Below, in pieces: positions 9,477 to 19,309 of a DNA stretch of 64,000 nucleotides. The position numbers were made by a program, and so were the translations under genes. The stretch is from positions 160,001 through 224,000 of the forward strand of contig CP166615.1 in NCBI GenBank assembly GCA_041937175.2, given 5' to 3'. Origin of the DNA: Limnothrix sp. BL-A-16. Lineage in GTDB: Bacteria; Cyanobacteriota; Cyanobacteriia; CACIAM-69d. The notes below the pieces were generated by a model, which did not search any database, was not told the DNA's origin, and saw nothing but the letters and a program-made list of their open reading frames with translations. Positions within the stretch are counted from its first letter, which is position 1, and each line of letters begins with the position of its first letter.

Positions 9477-10640
9477 CTAGGCTGCCGGCATGGCCAGGGC
9501 ATCGGCCGTTGACCAATAGGCGTAAATGGGGGTTTTGAGGGCGGGCAATTCGCCGCCCGTATTCACCTGCATGACCGTTAACCGATCGCCCGATCGCAGT
9601 TCTACCACGTAATGCACATGGGTTCCCAGGTACATCACGTTCTGCAACCAGCCCTCAAAGCAGTTCACCGCTAGATCGGGCGGGTAAAGACTAACTTGAA
9701 TTTTCTCGGGGCGCACGCTCACGGCCGCCGCCTCGCCCGCGCTGCCCGCCCAATCGCCGCTGGGGGCCGCCACCAGCTTCATGCCGCTGTCGGTCACAAT
9801 CGCGCTGCCGGTGCGATCGAACTCCGCCACTCGGCCTCGAAACAGATTCGTATCCCCAATGAAGTCCGCCACAAACGGCGTGCGCGGCGACTCATAAATC
9901 TCGCTGGGGCTGCCCACCTGTTCCACCCGCCCTTCATTCATCACCGCGATTCGATCGGACAGGCTGAGGGCTTCCTCTTGGTCATGGGTCACCATCACAA
10001 AGGTCAACCCCAATTCCCGATGCAGCGTGGATAATTCCATCTGCATTTCCTTGCGCAGTTTCAAGTCCAGCGCGCCCAAGGGTTCATCCAACAGCAACAC
10101 CGCCGGTCGGTTCACCAGGGCCCGCGCCAGGGCCACCCGCTGTTGTTGACCGCCCGATAGCTGGTTGGGATAGCGCCGGGCGAATTTCTCCATCTTCACC
10201 AGGGCCAAGGCCTCGTTTACCCGCTCCTCGGTTTCCGCCTTGCCACAGCGCTTGATCCGCAAACCAAAGGCCACATTGTCCCAAATGGTCATGTGTCCAA
10301 AGAGCGCATAGCTTTGAAACACGGTGTTGACGGGGCGCTGGTAAGGAGGCACATTCAGCATCGATTGCCCCCTAACCAGCACCTCGCCGGCCGAAGGTTG
10401 CTCAAAGCCAGCCACGAGGCGCAGGGTGGTGGTTTTGCCGCAACCGGAGGGACCCAAAATACTGAAAAACTCACCCCGCCCGATGTGGAGATCCACGCCG
10501 CGCACAGCGGTTTCGCCGTTATAGACTTTGAAGACTTTTCGTAACTCGACATCCAGTTGGGTATCGGTTTCGATCGCCTGGCTGGCTCGGATTGCGGTTT
10601 GGGACATGGCCGGTGATGCTGCCGGGGATTGAAAGACCAT
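9477..10640 (-). CDS. potA: Polyamine ABC transporter ATP-binding protein PotA
   Basis: GPSGCGKTT Walker A, LSGGQQQR signature, LLLDEP and a C-terminal TOBE domain. Confidence 0.93.
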   Translation of the reverse strand: MVFQSPAASPAMSQTAIRASQAIETDTQLDVELRKVFKVYNGETAVRGVDLHIGRGEFFSILGPSGCGKTTTLRLVAGFEQPSAGEVLVRGQSMLNVPPYQRPVNTVFQSYALFGHMTIWDNVAFGLRIKRCGKAETEERVNEALALVKMEKFARRYPNQLSGGQQQRVALARALVNRPAVLLLDEPLGALDLKLRKEMQMELSTLHRELGLTFVMVTHDQEEALSLSDRIAVMNEGRVEQVGSPSEIYESPRTPFVADFIGDTNLFRGRVAEFDRTGSAIVTDSGMKLVAAPSGDWAGSAGEAAAVSVRPEKIQVSLYPPDLAVNCFEGWLQNVMYLGTHVHYVVELRSGDRLTVMQVNTGGELPALKTPIYAYWSTADALAMPAA

Positions 10641-10732
10641 CGAGGCAATTGTTCCAGGGCAGTTGTTCTAGGGCAGTTGTTCAAACCTGGCGGTTCATGG
10701 GTGATCGAACCTCAGCTTTGAGCTTCGTCACT

Positions 10733-10780
10733 GAACAACGGGAACTGAACAACGGAAACTGGACAACGGGAATTGAACAA
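10733..10780. repeat. Short tandem repeat, 14-bp unit, about 3.5 copies
   Basis: GAACAACGGGAACT GAACAACGGAAACT GGACAACGGGAATT GAACAA in the divergent potA/PBP intergenic region. Confidence 0.7.
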
Positions 10781-10924
10781 ATCTTGCCCTATTCTATGCC
10801 GACTATTTCGGGTTTTGCGACGAACTCCATCGGCGGCGGTCTGCGAGAGCAGTCTGTGGCAAGCTGATTAAATCGCCATTGATTAGCCCTTTTCGCTTCG
10901 CCCGCGCTGGGCTGTTATCGTTCC

Positions 10925-12769
10925 ATGGTCACATCGCCCCCTCCCAACTCGCCCAAATTGGATCAGCAGCCGGAACGGACGATCGGGCGGCGCTACCAGC
11001 CGTTGGGCTGTTTGATCGTGGCCGTGGTGTTGTTGGGGGGAATTGGCAGCCGGTTGGCCTATCTGCAACTGATTGAAGGACAGCGCTACCGACAATTGGC
11101 GGCGGCCAGCCGAATTCGGCTGATGCCAACTCTGCCAACCCGGGCCGCCCTGCTAGATCGATCGGGGCGGGTGTTGGTGGATAATCGCCCCTCGATTTCG
11201 GCCATGGCCTGGCCCGTGGCCCAATCGCCGCAAGAGTGGCGGGCCATTTTGCCGGAGTTGGCCCGCGTGTTGGGGCGGCCGGAGTCGGAATTGCTGGCAC
11301 GACTGGAGCAGGCCGGTTGGCGATCGCCCGTATTGGTGCGCCTGGCCCGGGGTTTGCCCCCTTCGCAAATGACCACGGTGGCGGAATTGGCCACCCAAGT
11401 GCGCGGCCTGGCGATCCAGCCCGAGGCGGAGCGCGACTATCCCCACGGACAGCTCGCCCAGACCATTTTGGGCAAGGTGGGGGAGGTGAACGCGGCGGAG
11501 GTCGATCGACTGGAACCGCTGCAAGATTACCGATCGGGCGATCTAATTGGGCGATCGGGCTTGGAAGCGGCCTTGGAGGCCCAACTGCGGGGCCAGTCCG
11601 GGGGCGAGCAAGTGGAACTCGATCGCAACGGCCTGCCCGCGCGCGTGTTGGCCCGCAAACCCACAGAACCGCCCACACCGGTTCGCCTGACCTTAGATTT
11701 ACCGCTGCAACAAACCCTGGAAGGGCTGATTAACGGAGTCAGCGGGGCCGCAGTTGCCCTGGATCCCGACAATGGCGCGGTCTTGGCCATGGCCGGCCAA
11801 TGGCCCAACCCGGGGCAAGGGGGCAACCGGGCCCTGAAAGCCATTCGCCCGGGCGCGTTGTTTAAATGGATTACCGCTGTGGCGGCGTTGGAGTCGGGGC
11901 AAATGGCCCTTCATCAACGGTGGCGGATCGATCGCCGCAGTCGTCCCGGTGGGTTGCCCTGGGCGGAATTTACCAAGGTCACCTGGCCGAGCATTGTCAC
12001 CCTCAATTTTCGAGAAGCCTTGGGCAAGTTGGATACCCAAGACAGTGATGCATTTTTTGAGCAGGTGGCACTCCGGCTGGACAGCACCAACACGATCGCC
12101 TGGGCCCGCCGGTTTGGGTTTGGCCAGCGATCGGGCATTGAACTGGCCGAGGATGAGGATCCGGGCCCCAGCTTGGAAGCCCTTTGGAAACGGGAATCGG
12201 TGCAAGCCCGCTGGTATTTGGGCGAAGGGGTGAATCTGGCCCTGGGGCGGGGCGAAATGGCCGCTTCGCCCCTGCAAATTGCCGTGATGGCCGCCGTGGC
12301 GGTGAATGGTGGTTATCGGGTGCAACCCCATTTGGTCAAGGATCGATCGGCCCAGGTCAGCCGAGAATTTTTGGGATTGCAGCCCAGCACCTTGGAATTA
12401 TTGCGATCGGCCCTGCAACCGCGCACCAGCAGCCTCCCCGCCCCCGAGGTGAGCCAGACCCCCAACCGCCCACCCCAACCCAACGTCCCGATCGGCTGGT
12501 TGGCCACCCACAGCCTGGTGCAGCAGAGCAACCAACCGATCGGCGCTTGGGCTGTGGCAGCGGGCCCCGCCAACGATCCCAAAATTGTTGTGGTTACCTT
12601 TGTGGAGCAGCCGAGCGATCGCCCCTTGGCCCCCGTCGATCCCGCCGTAGCTCCATCTAACGGTGCGGTGAGCCAAGAACCCAGCGCCCCCGCCGCCCAA
12701 GCCGCCGAACAAATTGCCGGGGCAACGGTGGTCAACTATGTGCAATCGCTCGATCGCTGGCTCCCCTAG
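10925..12769 (+). CDS. Penicillin-binding protein 2 (MrdA)-like paralog with degenerate transpeptidase motifs
   Basis: N-terminal TM; PBP dimerisation motifs (RDYPHG, GRSGLEAALEAQLRG, LTLDLPLQ); SxxK appears as ALFK and no KTG motif is present. Confidence 0.8.
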   Translation: MVTSPPPNSPKLDQQPERTIGRRYQPLGCLIVAVVLLGGIGSRLAYLQLIEGQRYRQLAAASRIRLMPTLPTRAALLDRSGRVLVDNRPSISAMAWPVAQSPQEWRAILPELARVLGRPESELLARLEQAGWRSPVLVRLARGLPPSQMTTVAELATQVRGLAIQPEAERDYPHGQLAQTILGKVGEVNAAEVDRLEPLQDYRSGDLIGRSGLEAALEAQLRGQSGGEQVELDRNGLPARVLARKPTEPPTPVRLTLDLPLQQTLEGLINGVSGAAVALDPDNGAVLAMAGQWPNPGQGGNRALKAIRPGALFKWITAVAALESGQMALHQRWRIDRRSRPGGLPWAEFTKVTWPSIVTLNFREALGKLDTQDSDAFFEQVALRLDSTNTIAWARRFGFGQRSGIELAEDEDPGPSLEALWKRESVQARWYLGEGVNLALGRGEMAASPLQIAVMAAVAVNGGYRVQPHLVKDRSAQVSREFLGLQPSTLELLRSALQPRTSSLPAPEVSQTPNRPPQPNVPIGWLATHSLVQQSNQPIGAWAVAAGPANDPKIVVVTFVEQPSDRPLAPVDPAVAPSNGAVSQEPSAPAAQAAEQIAGATVVNYVQSLDRWLP

Positions 12770-13152
12770 GGCGGACAGCTAATACTCATCAGATCTTCAC
12801 GGATCCAAGCCCGGCGATTAGGCGGCACGATCTCGCCCTGACCCGATCGGGACTTGGTGACCATGTGCCACTGATTGCCCTGGCCATCGGTGTGGGTCAG
12901 GGGATTGGGTTCCCACCGCTCATTCGCGTCGTTGAGCAAAATCACCGTACTGCTGGGGTTGACCCGATCCACGATCGAGAATTGAGTACCCGGGCCCGAT
13001 CGCAAATTCACCGCTGAATTACCGCGAATCGTGCCAAAACAATTGGTTCCAAGGGATTGCCCTGAACTAGGCGGGGCGATCGCAAGACTCAAAATTGTGG
13101 CAATGCCCATTGCGGTCGGCACAAAGGGAAGTGATTGAACAAGAAATTTCAT
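12766..13152 (-). CDS. Secreted SH3b-domain protein
   Basis: Signal peptide; VNLRSGPGTQFSIV...W...AWIREDL SH3_3 pattern. Confidence 0.75.
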   Translation of the reverse strand: MKFLVQSLPFVPTAMGIATILSLAIAPPSSGQSLGTNCFGTIRGNSAVNLRSGPGTQFSIVDRVNPSSTVILLNDANERWEPNPLTHTDGQGNQWHMVTKSRSGQGEIVPPNRRAWIREDLMSISCPP

Positions 13153-13207
13153 GATCTGATCTTGGGTTAAATCTTTAATGTTTGAAGTTTCTAAAGGACT
13201 AATCTAA

Positions 13208-13338
13208 GAGGATGTCTGAAAAGTGTCTTTTGGTACGGGCAATGTACCAATAGTCGTGGGGGCAAGGGGCTTGAGCATCTTGTCTTCGTCGATCGATGAG
13301 GCGTGCAGAGTATCGATTTTGGCTTTTCAGACATCCTC
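13208..13338 (-). mobile_element. MITE family A (131 bp), opposite orientation to 4151-4281
   Basis: Perfect TIRs GAGGATGTCTGAAAAG / CTTTTCAGACATCCTC; TAA on both flanks (13205-13207, 13339-13341); variant palindrome CAAGGGGCTTGAGCATCTTG. Confidence 0.85.
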
Positions 13339-13668
13339 TAAGGAGTCAGGCTCTGAGGAACCAGCAAAAGGCACAACGGAATTGAGCCAATTTTGGAATC
13401 CTGCATTCACCCCATTGGGAACCCATTCGGCAATGCAGTTAGTATACGTAATATGAGACTGAATCACGGATTCAATTCGCGATCGATAGCCCGCTTGGGT
13501 TTTTAAAATCAGAACAATTTCTGGCTCTTCATGCACTTCACCTTCCCAGACATAGGCACAGGTAATTGGGAACCAGTTGGCACAGACTGCTAATTTCTGG
13601 GCAAAGAGGTCTCGACTAATTTGGCGAGCTTCTTCATTTGTATTGAGCGTAATATAGTAGAAAACCAT
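13327..13668 (-). CDS. cutA: Divalent-cation tolerance protein CutA
   Basis: LAVCANWFPITCAYVWEGEVHEEPEIVLILKT and HITYTNCIAEW; stop codon lies inside the MITE TIR. Confidence 0.85.
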   Translation of the reverse strand: MVFYYITLNTNEEARQISRDLFAQKLAVCANWFPITCAYVWEGEVHEEPEIVLILKTQAGYRSRIESVIQSHITYTNCIAEWVPNGVNAGFQNWLNSVVPFAGSSEPDSLEDV

Positions 13669-13785
13669 TTTGAGAAAATATTTGAACAATCTTGCCAACT
13701 TGAAGAAATTGAACAGTGCTTCCCAGTGTTGAGCTAAAAATCAGCAATCCTAGAGACAACAAAATCAAGAATCGGCAATCTTCGG

Positions 13786-13880
13786 GACAAGGGGCTTAAG
13801 CCCCTTGTCTTCGGTGATCTCGGCAGTTGGCAGAATATCACAGTTGACAAAATATCAATGGGTGCTTTTCAGGCATCCCC
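13786..13880. repeat. Degenerate family A MITE remnant with perfect palindrome
   Basis: GACAAGGGGCTTAAGCCCCTTGTC at 13786-13809; TIR-like CTTTTCAGGCATCCCC ending at 13880. Confidence 0.6.
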
Positions 13881-13963
13881 TGAAATTGAATTTGCAACTG
13901 GATTTGCGATCTGGAATTTACAATCTGAAATCTGAAATCTGGAATTTGAGGTCAATTCTGCAA

Positions 13964-14419
13964 TTAATGGTGGCTGGTCGGAAAAAAGTATCGCGTTTCT
14001 CCCTGCTGCCCAATTTGATATTCTGCCCCAAATTCAATCGACATGCGATCGAGATAGGCGCGGGCCCGATCGGCCTCCAAGCCCGATCGCATGGCAAATT
14101 CAAATAGGGTGACCTGGCCTTGGCCTTCAGCTAACAATTCCATCAGGCATTGGCGTAGCTGTTCCTGTTGTTGGCGCTCTTGATTTTCCTGTTGTAATTG
14201 ATGTTGTTTTTTAAGATCCCAAAGCAGCCATCCACCACCCGCCACAAAGGGCGCACCAAAGACGATACAGCCCAAAATGGCGCTTTGGTTTTCGCGTTCC
14301 CGATCGGCAACGGTTTGCCCCGGTTCCAAGGGTGACAACGGAACCAAAAGGGCGACCAGCCAAAAGAAGCCGCCCAGGGTGAGAAAGCTGCCCGCCAGAA
14401 TTTTCTTAATGATTTTCAT
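13964..14419 (-). CDS. Hypothetical membrane protein (2 TM, coiled coil, winged-helix-like C-terminus)
   Basis: Two hydrophobic segments and a Q-rich coil; GQVTLFEFAMRSGL...ARAYLD...FGAEY pattern; overlaps the argD stop. Confidence 0.7.
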   Translation of the reverse strand: MKIIKKILAGSFLTLGGFFWLVALLVPLSPLEPGQTVADRERENQSAILGCIVFGAPFVAGGGWLLWDLKKQHQLQQENQERQQQEQLRQCLMELLAEGQGQVTLFEFAMRSGLEADRARAYLDRMSIEFGAEYQIGQQGETRYFFPTSHH

Positions 14420-15683
14420 GGGGATTGTTACAAGACGCGATCGCTTGGGTGATGGCGGCGATCGCTTCGTCAATTTCGGCGGCAGTGACGATCAAGGGCG
14501 GCACAAATCGCACCACCTGCGGCCCGGCCGGCACTAGTAACAGACCCGCAGCCATGGCGGCCTTGACCAGATCGATCGAGCTGAGGCCCGCGTCTTCCTT
14601 CAGTACCAGGCCGTTGATCAGGCCCCAACCGCGCACTTCCGCAATCAAGTTGGGATATTGAACTGCGAGGGCGCTCAGACTCGCCCGCAGTTGCTCGCCC
14701 CGATCGCGCACATTATCCAAAAAGCCCGGCGCGCCCACCGTTTGGCAAACGGCCATCGCCACCCCACAGGCGAATGGATTGCCGCCGTAGGTGCTGGCGT
14801 GGTCGCCCGGCTCAAACACGTTGCACTTGGCCTTGCACAGCAGGGCCCCGATCGGGATGCCGCCGCCCAAGCCCTTAGCGGAGGTGAAAACATCCGGCTC
14901 AATGCCCAGGTTTTCGTAGCCCCAAAGTTGCCCCGTGCGGCCAACGCCCACTTGCACTTCATCGAGAATTAGCAAAATGCCCCGATCGTCGCAAATTTCC
15001 CGAACCCGTTGGAAATAAGCCCGATCGCCCGGGCGCACGCCCCCTTCACCCTGGAGCGCTTCCAGCATGATGGCAGCGACGCGGGGTCCGTTGGTTTCCA
15101 TGCGGGCGATCGTCGCTTCCAGGGCCGCAATGTCGTTGTAGGGAATATATTCAAACCCCGGAACCAGGGGGCTGAAGTTCTTTTGATATTTGGGCTGACC
15201 GGTGGCGGTGATGGTGGCCAGGGTGCGCCCGTGGAAGCTGGCGTGGGCCGTGAGGATCACCGGCTCATCAATGCCCAAAACCGTGTGGGCATATTTGCGG
15301 GCCAGTTTGATTGCGCCCTCGTTGGCTTCGGCTCCGGAGTTACAGAAAAAAGCCCGATCGGCGCAAGAATGTTCCACCAACCAGGCCGCCAACGCCCCTT
15401 GCTCCGGGATGTAGTAAAGATTGGAAACGTGATGCAGTTTTTGAATCTGCTGGCTCACGGCGTTGGTCATCACCGGGTGGGCATGGCCCAGGGTGCAGGT
15501 GGCAATGCCCGCCACAAAGTCCAGATAGCTGCGGCCCTCGGTGTCCCAAACACGGCTACCTTCGCCGCGCTCAAGGGCGATCGCAAAGCGGCCGTAGGTT
15601 TTCATGACGGCTGCGTCAAAGGCCTCGGTGGAGAAGGCAACTGGGGCGATCGAGGTGGGATCAGCGAGGGCTTGGGGACTCAC
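14406..15683 (-). CDS. argD: Acetylornithine aminotransferase
   Basis: FFCNSGAEANE, SFHGRT, LILDEVQVGVGRTG, AKGLGGG and HASTYGGNP motifs. Confidence 0.93.
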   Translation of the reverse strand: MSPQALADPTSIAPVAFSTEAFDAAVMKTYGRFAIALERGEGSRVWDTEGRSYLDFVAGIATCTLGHAHPVMTNAVSQQIQKLHHVSNLYYIPEQGALAAWLVEHSCADRAFFCNSGAEANEGAIKLARKYAHTVLGIDEPVILTAHASFHGRTLATITATGQPKYQKNFSPLVPGFEYIPYNDIAALEATIARMETNGPRVAAIMLEALQGEGGVRPGDRAYFQRVREICDDRGILLILDEVQVGVGRTGQLWGYENLGIEPDVFTSAKGLGGGIPIGALLCKAKCNVFEPGDHASTYGGNPFACGVAMAVCQTVGAPGFLDNVRDRGEQLRASLSALAVQYPNLIAEVRGWGLINGLVLKEDAGLSSIDLVKAAMAAGLLLVPAGPQVVRFVPPLIVTAAEIDEAIAAITQAIASCNNPHENH

Positions 15684-15988
15684 GGTGGTTGCTCCTAAAC
15701 AATGGCTTTAACGGCAAATCCGATGAAGGGAATGGTAGGGATCGCCGTTAAAGGTTGGGTTGATTGTAGAGGAGGAAACCAAGGGCTTGCTAGATCTGAT
15801 TGGGAGCCTGAGAGCCGATCGGTCTGGAAATCTTGACTTACGCCCGGCAGCGGTTGACTAGGCGCGATCGACCCGCGATCGGCGAGTTCCCACCCGGGCG
15901 GATAATGGAACTCCGTTGGTTGCCTTGGCCTCAGCCCGGTGGCCGCCAATGTTGCACCTTGCCGATGTTTGCCTTGCCGATGTTTGCT

Positions 15989-16987
15989 ATGAGTTCCGCG
16001 AGTTCTGCCCCTGAGCCTAGTCCCGTTGCGTCTGACCCTGTGGAGTCTGATCCCGTGGAGACTGACCCTGATGAATCAATGAACGGGAGCCGATCGGGGG
16101 CAGAGGCGCTCCCCGCTGAGTCGATCGACTGGGGCCACCTGTCCGTGCTCCGAGACGAATGTATCGCGGGTCTGCAACCCCGATCGGGCGGCTGCTATCT
16201 GGATGCCACGCTGGGCGCTGGGGGCCATACGGCGGCCCTGCTGGCGGCCGATCCAGCGGTGCGGGTGGTGGGCCTTGATTGTGATGATCGCGCCTTAGCG
16301 ATCGCGCGGGAACGGTTGGCCCCTTGGGGCGATCGGGTTACCTTCGTGCGCAGCAATTTTGCACAGTTCAACCCTGGTCATCAGCAATTTGACGGCATTT
16401 TGGCAGACTTGGGCGTTAGCTCCATGCAGTTTGACCAGCCCGATCGGGGTTTCAGCTTTCGCCACGACGGCCCCTTGGACATGCGCATGGACGATCGGCT
16501 CGCGGAATCCGCCGCCGACGTGGTGAACCATTGGCAAGAAGTGCCCCTGGCCAATGCGATCTATACCTATGGTGAAGAGCGGCTATCACGGCGGATTGCT
16601 CGGGCGATCGTGGAACAGCGGCAAACGCAGCCTTTCCAAACCACCCTCGAGCTGGCCAACGCGATCGCCCGCTGCGTGCCTGGCAAATATCGCCATGGAC
16701 GAATTCATCCCGCCACCCGCACCTTTCAGGCCCTGCGGATTGTGGTGAACCAAGAGTTGGCGGTTTTGGAAACCCTGCTCGATCGGGCTTCCCATTGGCT
16801 CGCTCCCCAGGGCCGCCTTGCCGTCATCAGCTTCCACAGCCTTGAGGATCGAATTGTGAAGCACCGGCTGCGAGAATCACCCCAACTCAAAGTGATCACC
16901 AAAAAGCCCATTTGCCCCAGCGATGCTGAAATTGGCCAAAATGCTCGATCTCGATCCGCAAAATTGCGAATCGCGGAAAGAATCTAG
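15989..16987 (+). CDS. rsmH: 16S rRNA (cytosine1402-N4)-methyltransferase RsmH (MraW)
   Basis: DATLGAGGH, DLGVSSMQFD, HPATRTFQALRI, ISFHSLEDRIVK and RSRSAKLR; start codon uncertain. Confidence 0.95.
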   Translation: MSSASSAPEPSPVASDPVESDPVETDPDESMNGSRSGAEALPAESIDWGHLSVLRDECIAGLQPRSGGCYLDATLGAGGHTAALLAADPAVRVVGLDCDDRALAIARERLAPWGDRVTFVRSNFAQFNPGHQQFDGILADLGVSSMQFDQPDRGFSFRHDGPLDMRMDDRLAESAADVVNHWQEVPLANAIYTYGEERLSRRIARAIVEQRQTQPFQTTLELANAIARCVPGKYRHGRIHPATRTFQALRIVVNQELAVLETLLDRASHWLAPQGRLAVISFHSLEDRIVKHRLRESPQLKVITKKPICPSDAEIGQNARSRSAKLRIAERI

Positions 16988-17328
16988 CCTAATCAATGCC
17001 AATGGATTTCTTTTGGACTTTTTCTGTATTTTTCTTTGGAGGCTGCTGGAATTTCTCGGCAACCAAAGGATTGTTGAACAGGATTATTCAAAACTCAGTG
17101 ATTCCTCCAGCCAAATGATTCCTCCAGCCCAAATTGGGTAAAAACTAGCCAGTCACTCAGCCAGTTGCTTAGCCAGCGCATCTGGTCATTGGCTGGTCAA
17201 CGGCTAGGGCATTGGCTGAATCAGTCGGTTTGTGTCTAGGATTTCACGCCCAGTGTTTCAGCACATCAGGTAGGCTAGGGTAGAACGTGGGAATTCCCCC
17301 CTTGTCCCGAGTGAGCCTTGGCCCACTT

Positions 17329-17342
17329 GTATCGATCGCTAC
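17329..17342. promoter_or_regulatory. Candidate NtcA box
   Basis: TGTA-TCGATCGC-TACA matches GTA-N8-TAC about 240 bp upstream of the PP2C gene; no -10 box at the canonical distance. Confidence 0.3.
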
Positions 17343-17580
17343 ACCAGTCCCGAGGATCAATTCTCTTCCCAGCTTGGAAGGGGCCCATTCCTCACTCAGG
17401 GATGGCGCGATCAACCGGATCATGGTCGCCAGAATCGAAAGGGCTAATTAATAAAAACTAGCTCCCTTTGTTGATCGGGTAACCTTGTTTGCAAAAACCT
17501 AACCCGATGCCCATCCCCATCCCTGGGGTCACCCCCACGACCCTCGCCAACCCTGTCCAGCAGTGCAAGTGGAGCACGCG

Positions 17581-19305
17581 ATGAGCTTAGTCGTCCAAAC
17601 CACACCAAGAGCAGAAACAAAACTCAAATTGATGGTGGTTGATGACGAACCGGATAACCTCGATTTGTTGTATCGAACCTTCCGTCGCGACTTCGCGGTT
17701 TATAAGGCTGACAGTGGTTTCAATGCCTTGGAAGTGCTCGATCGCGACGGGGAAATGGCCGTGATCGTCTCAGACCAGCGGATGCCGGGCATGAACGGCA
17801 CTGAGTTTTTGAGCAAGACCGTCGATCGATTCCCCGACACGATCCGCATTATTCTGACCGGCTACACCGACGTAGAAGACCTCGTAGGAGCCATCAACTC
17901 CGGTAAAGTTTTCCGATATCTTACAAAGCCCTGGAGTCCCGACGAACTCAAATCCGTCGTGAACCAAGCGGCCGAAACCTATCGTGTGGTTAAGCGCCGC
18001 ACGAACGAGTTAAACCGGGCCCTACGCCGCGAATCTCTGTTTAACGCCATGATGAGCGCAATTCGGGAATCCCTGAATTACGACAGCATGTTGCCCACCA
18101 TTGCCCAGACCATCACCACCACCCTGAACGCCCATTGCGCCTTGTTGCAGCCCGTGGAAGGGGGGCAAGCCAAGGGGGAACCCCGGCGCTACCCACTCGA
18201 TCGGGATGACTGGAGCCTGACCCACGAAGACGGGCAATTGCGGGATCCGGTGCAAGCGGCCCTGGAGCACCTGACCATTCAGCAAACCCAAGTCAACACC
18301 GATGGCAGCGACAGCCCAGGGGGAGCCATCGATGAGTTGCTCATCCCCTTGGTCTATCAACAGGAATGTTTGGCCCTGTTGTCCCTGGTGCGCCAAGGAC
18401 AACCCGGCTGGCAAACCGATGAAGTGGCGTTGATTTCGGAGCTGACGGAACAGGCGGCCTTGGCCCTTTCCCAAGCCCGCCTGTATCAGCGCACCGAAGC
18501 CCAAACCCAGCAGTTCCGCATGGAGTTGGAAGTGGCGCGGCAGGTGCAAGCGGACTTGTTGCGCCAACATTGGCCAGAGGTACTCGGGGTGCGTGTGCAG
18601 GCGGAATGTCAGCCCGCGCGCGAGGTGGGGGGCGACTTTTTTGAAGTCTTTGTCCATCCTCAGGGGGATGTGTGGTTAGCGGTTGGGGATGTGTCCGGAA
18701 AGGGGGTTCCGGCGGCCCTATTTATGGCCAGTTCAATCTCTGTTTTACGCCAAGAACTGGCTCGGGCGGAGTCTCCGGAGCCGGATGAAGCGATTCGGCG
18801 GCTGAATCGGGCCCTGTTTGAAAATTTGTTTAATAGCAATCGATTCATTACGATTGCCCTAGCACGCTACACTCCCAGCACAAGACGCTTGAGCTATGCC
18901 AACGCGGGTCACGTCTACCCCGTGGTTTGGTCGCCCCAGGTGGTTCAGGAAAAAGTCCTGGCCGGTGGCGATCTCAAGGAAATTGAGCCAACCTATCTCA
19001 AGGCGCGGGGAGTGCCGCTGGGTATCTTGCCGGAGTGGAAAGGTACGGGGGGGGAACAGACTCTAGAGCCAGGGGAGGCTCTGCTGATGGCCAGTGACGG
19101 AATTACGGAAGCAACAGTGGCGAACATACAACTCCCGGGAACAAGTTTGGTGAACGGCTCAATGTTGCAACAGGAGGGCCTGTGGGAACTGTTGAAGCAA
19201 CAAGGAAGCCCGTTTGATCTCAAGCGCTTGTTGGCGACCTTGCAACAGGTTGCGCCCGACGAGCAAGAAGACGACCAGACCCTACTGCTGCTGGAGGTTC
19301 TGTAA
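17581..19305 (+). CDS. Receiver-GAF-SpoIIE/PP2C phosphatase (RsbU/RsbP-like)
   Basis: REC (VVDDE, SDQRMP, TGY, KPW), GAF, and PP2C motifs VGGDFF, GDVSGKG, SDGITE and EDDQT. Confidence 0.9.
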   Translation: MSLVVQTTPRAETKLKLMVVDDEPDNLDLLYRTFRRDFAVYKADSGFNALEVLDRDGEMAVIVSDQRMPGMNGTEFLSKTVDRFPDTIRIILTGYTDVEDLVGAINSGKVFRYLTKPWSPDELKSVVNQAAETYRVVKRRTNELNRALRRESLFNAMMSAIRESLNYDSMLPTIAQTITTTLNAHCALLQPVEGGQAKGEPRRYPLDRDDWSLTHEDGQLRDPVQAALEHLTIQQTQVNTDGSDSPGGAIDELLIPLVYQQECLALLSLVRQGQPGWQTDEVALISELTEQAALALSQARLYQRTEAQTQQFRMELEVARQVQADLLRQHWPEVLGVRVQAECQPAREVGGDFFEVFVHPQGDVWLAVGDVSGKGVPAALFMASSISVLRQELARAESPEPDEAIRRLNRALFENLFNSNRFITIALARYTPSTRRLSYANAGHVYPVVWSPQVVQEKVLAGGDLKEIEPTYLKARGVPLGILPEWKGTGGEQTLEPGEALLMASDGITEATVANIQLPGTSLVNGSMLQQEGLWELLKQQGSPFDLKRLLATLQQVAPDEQEDDQTLLLLEVL

Positions 19306-19309
19306 ACCG

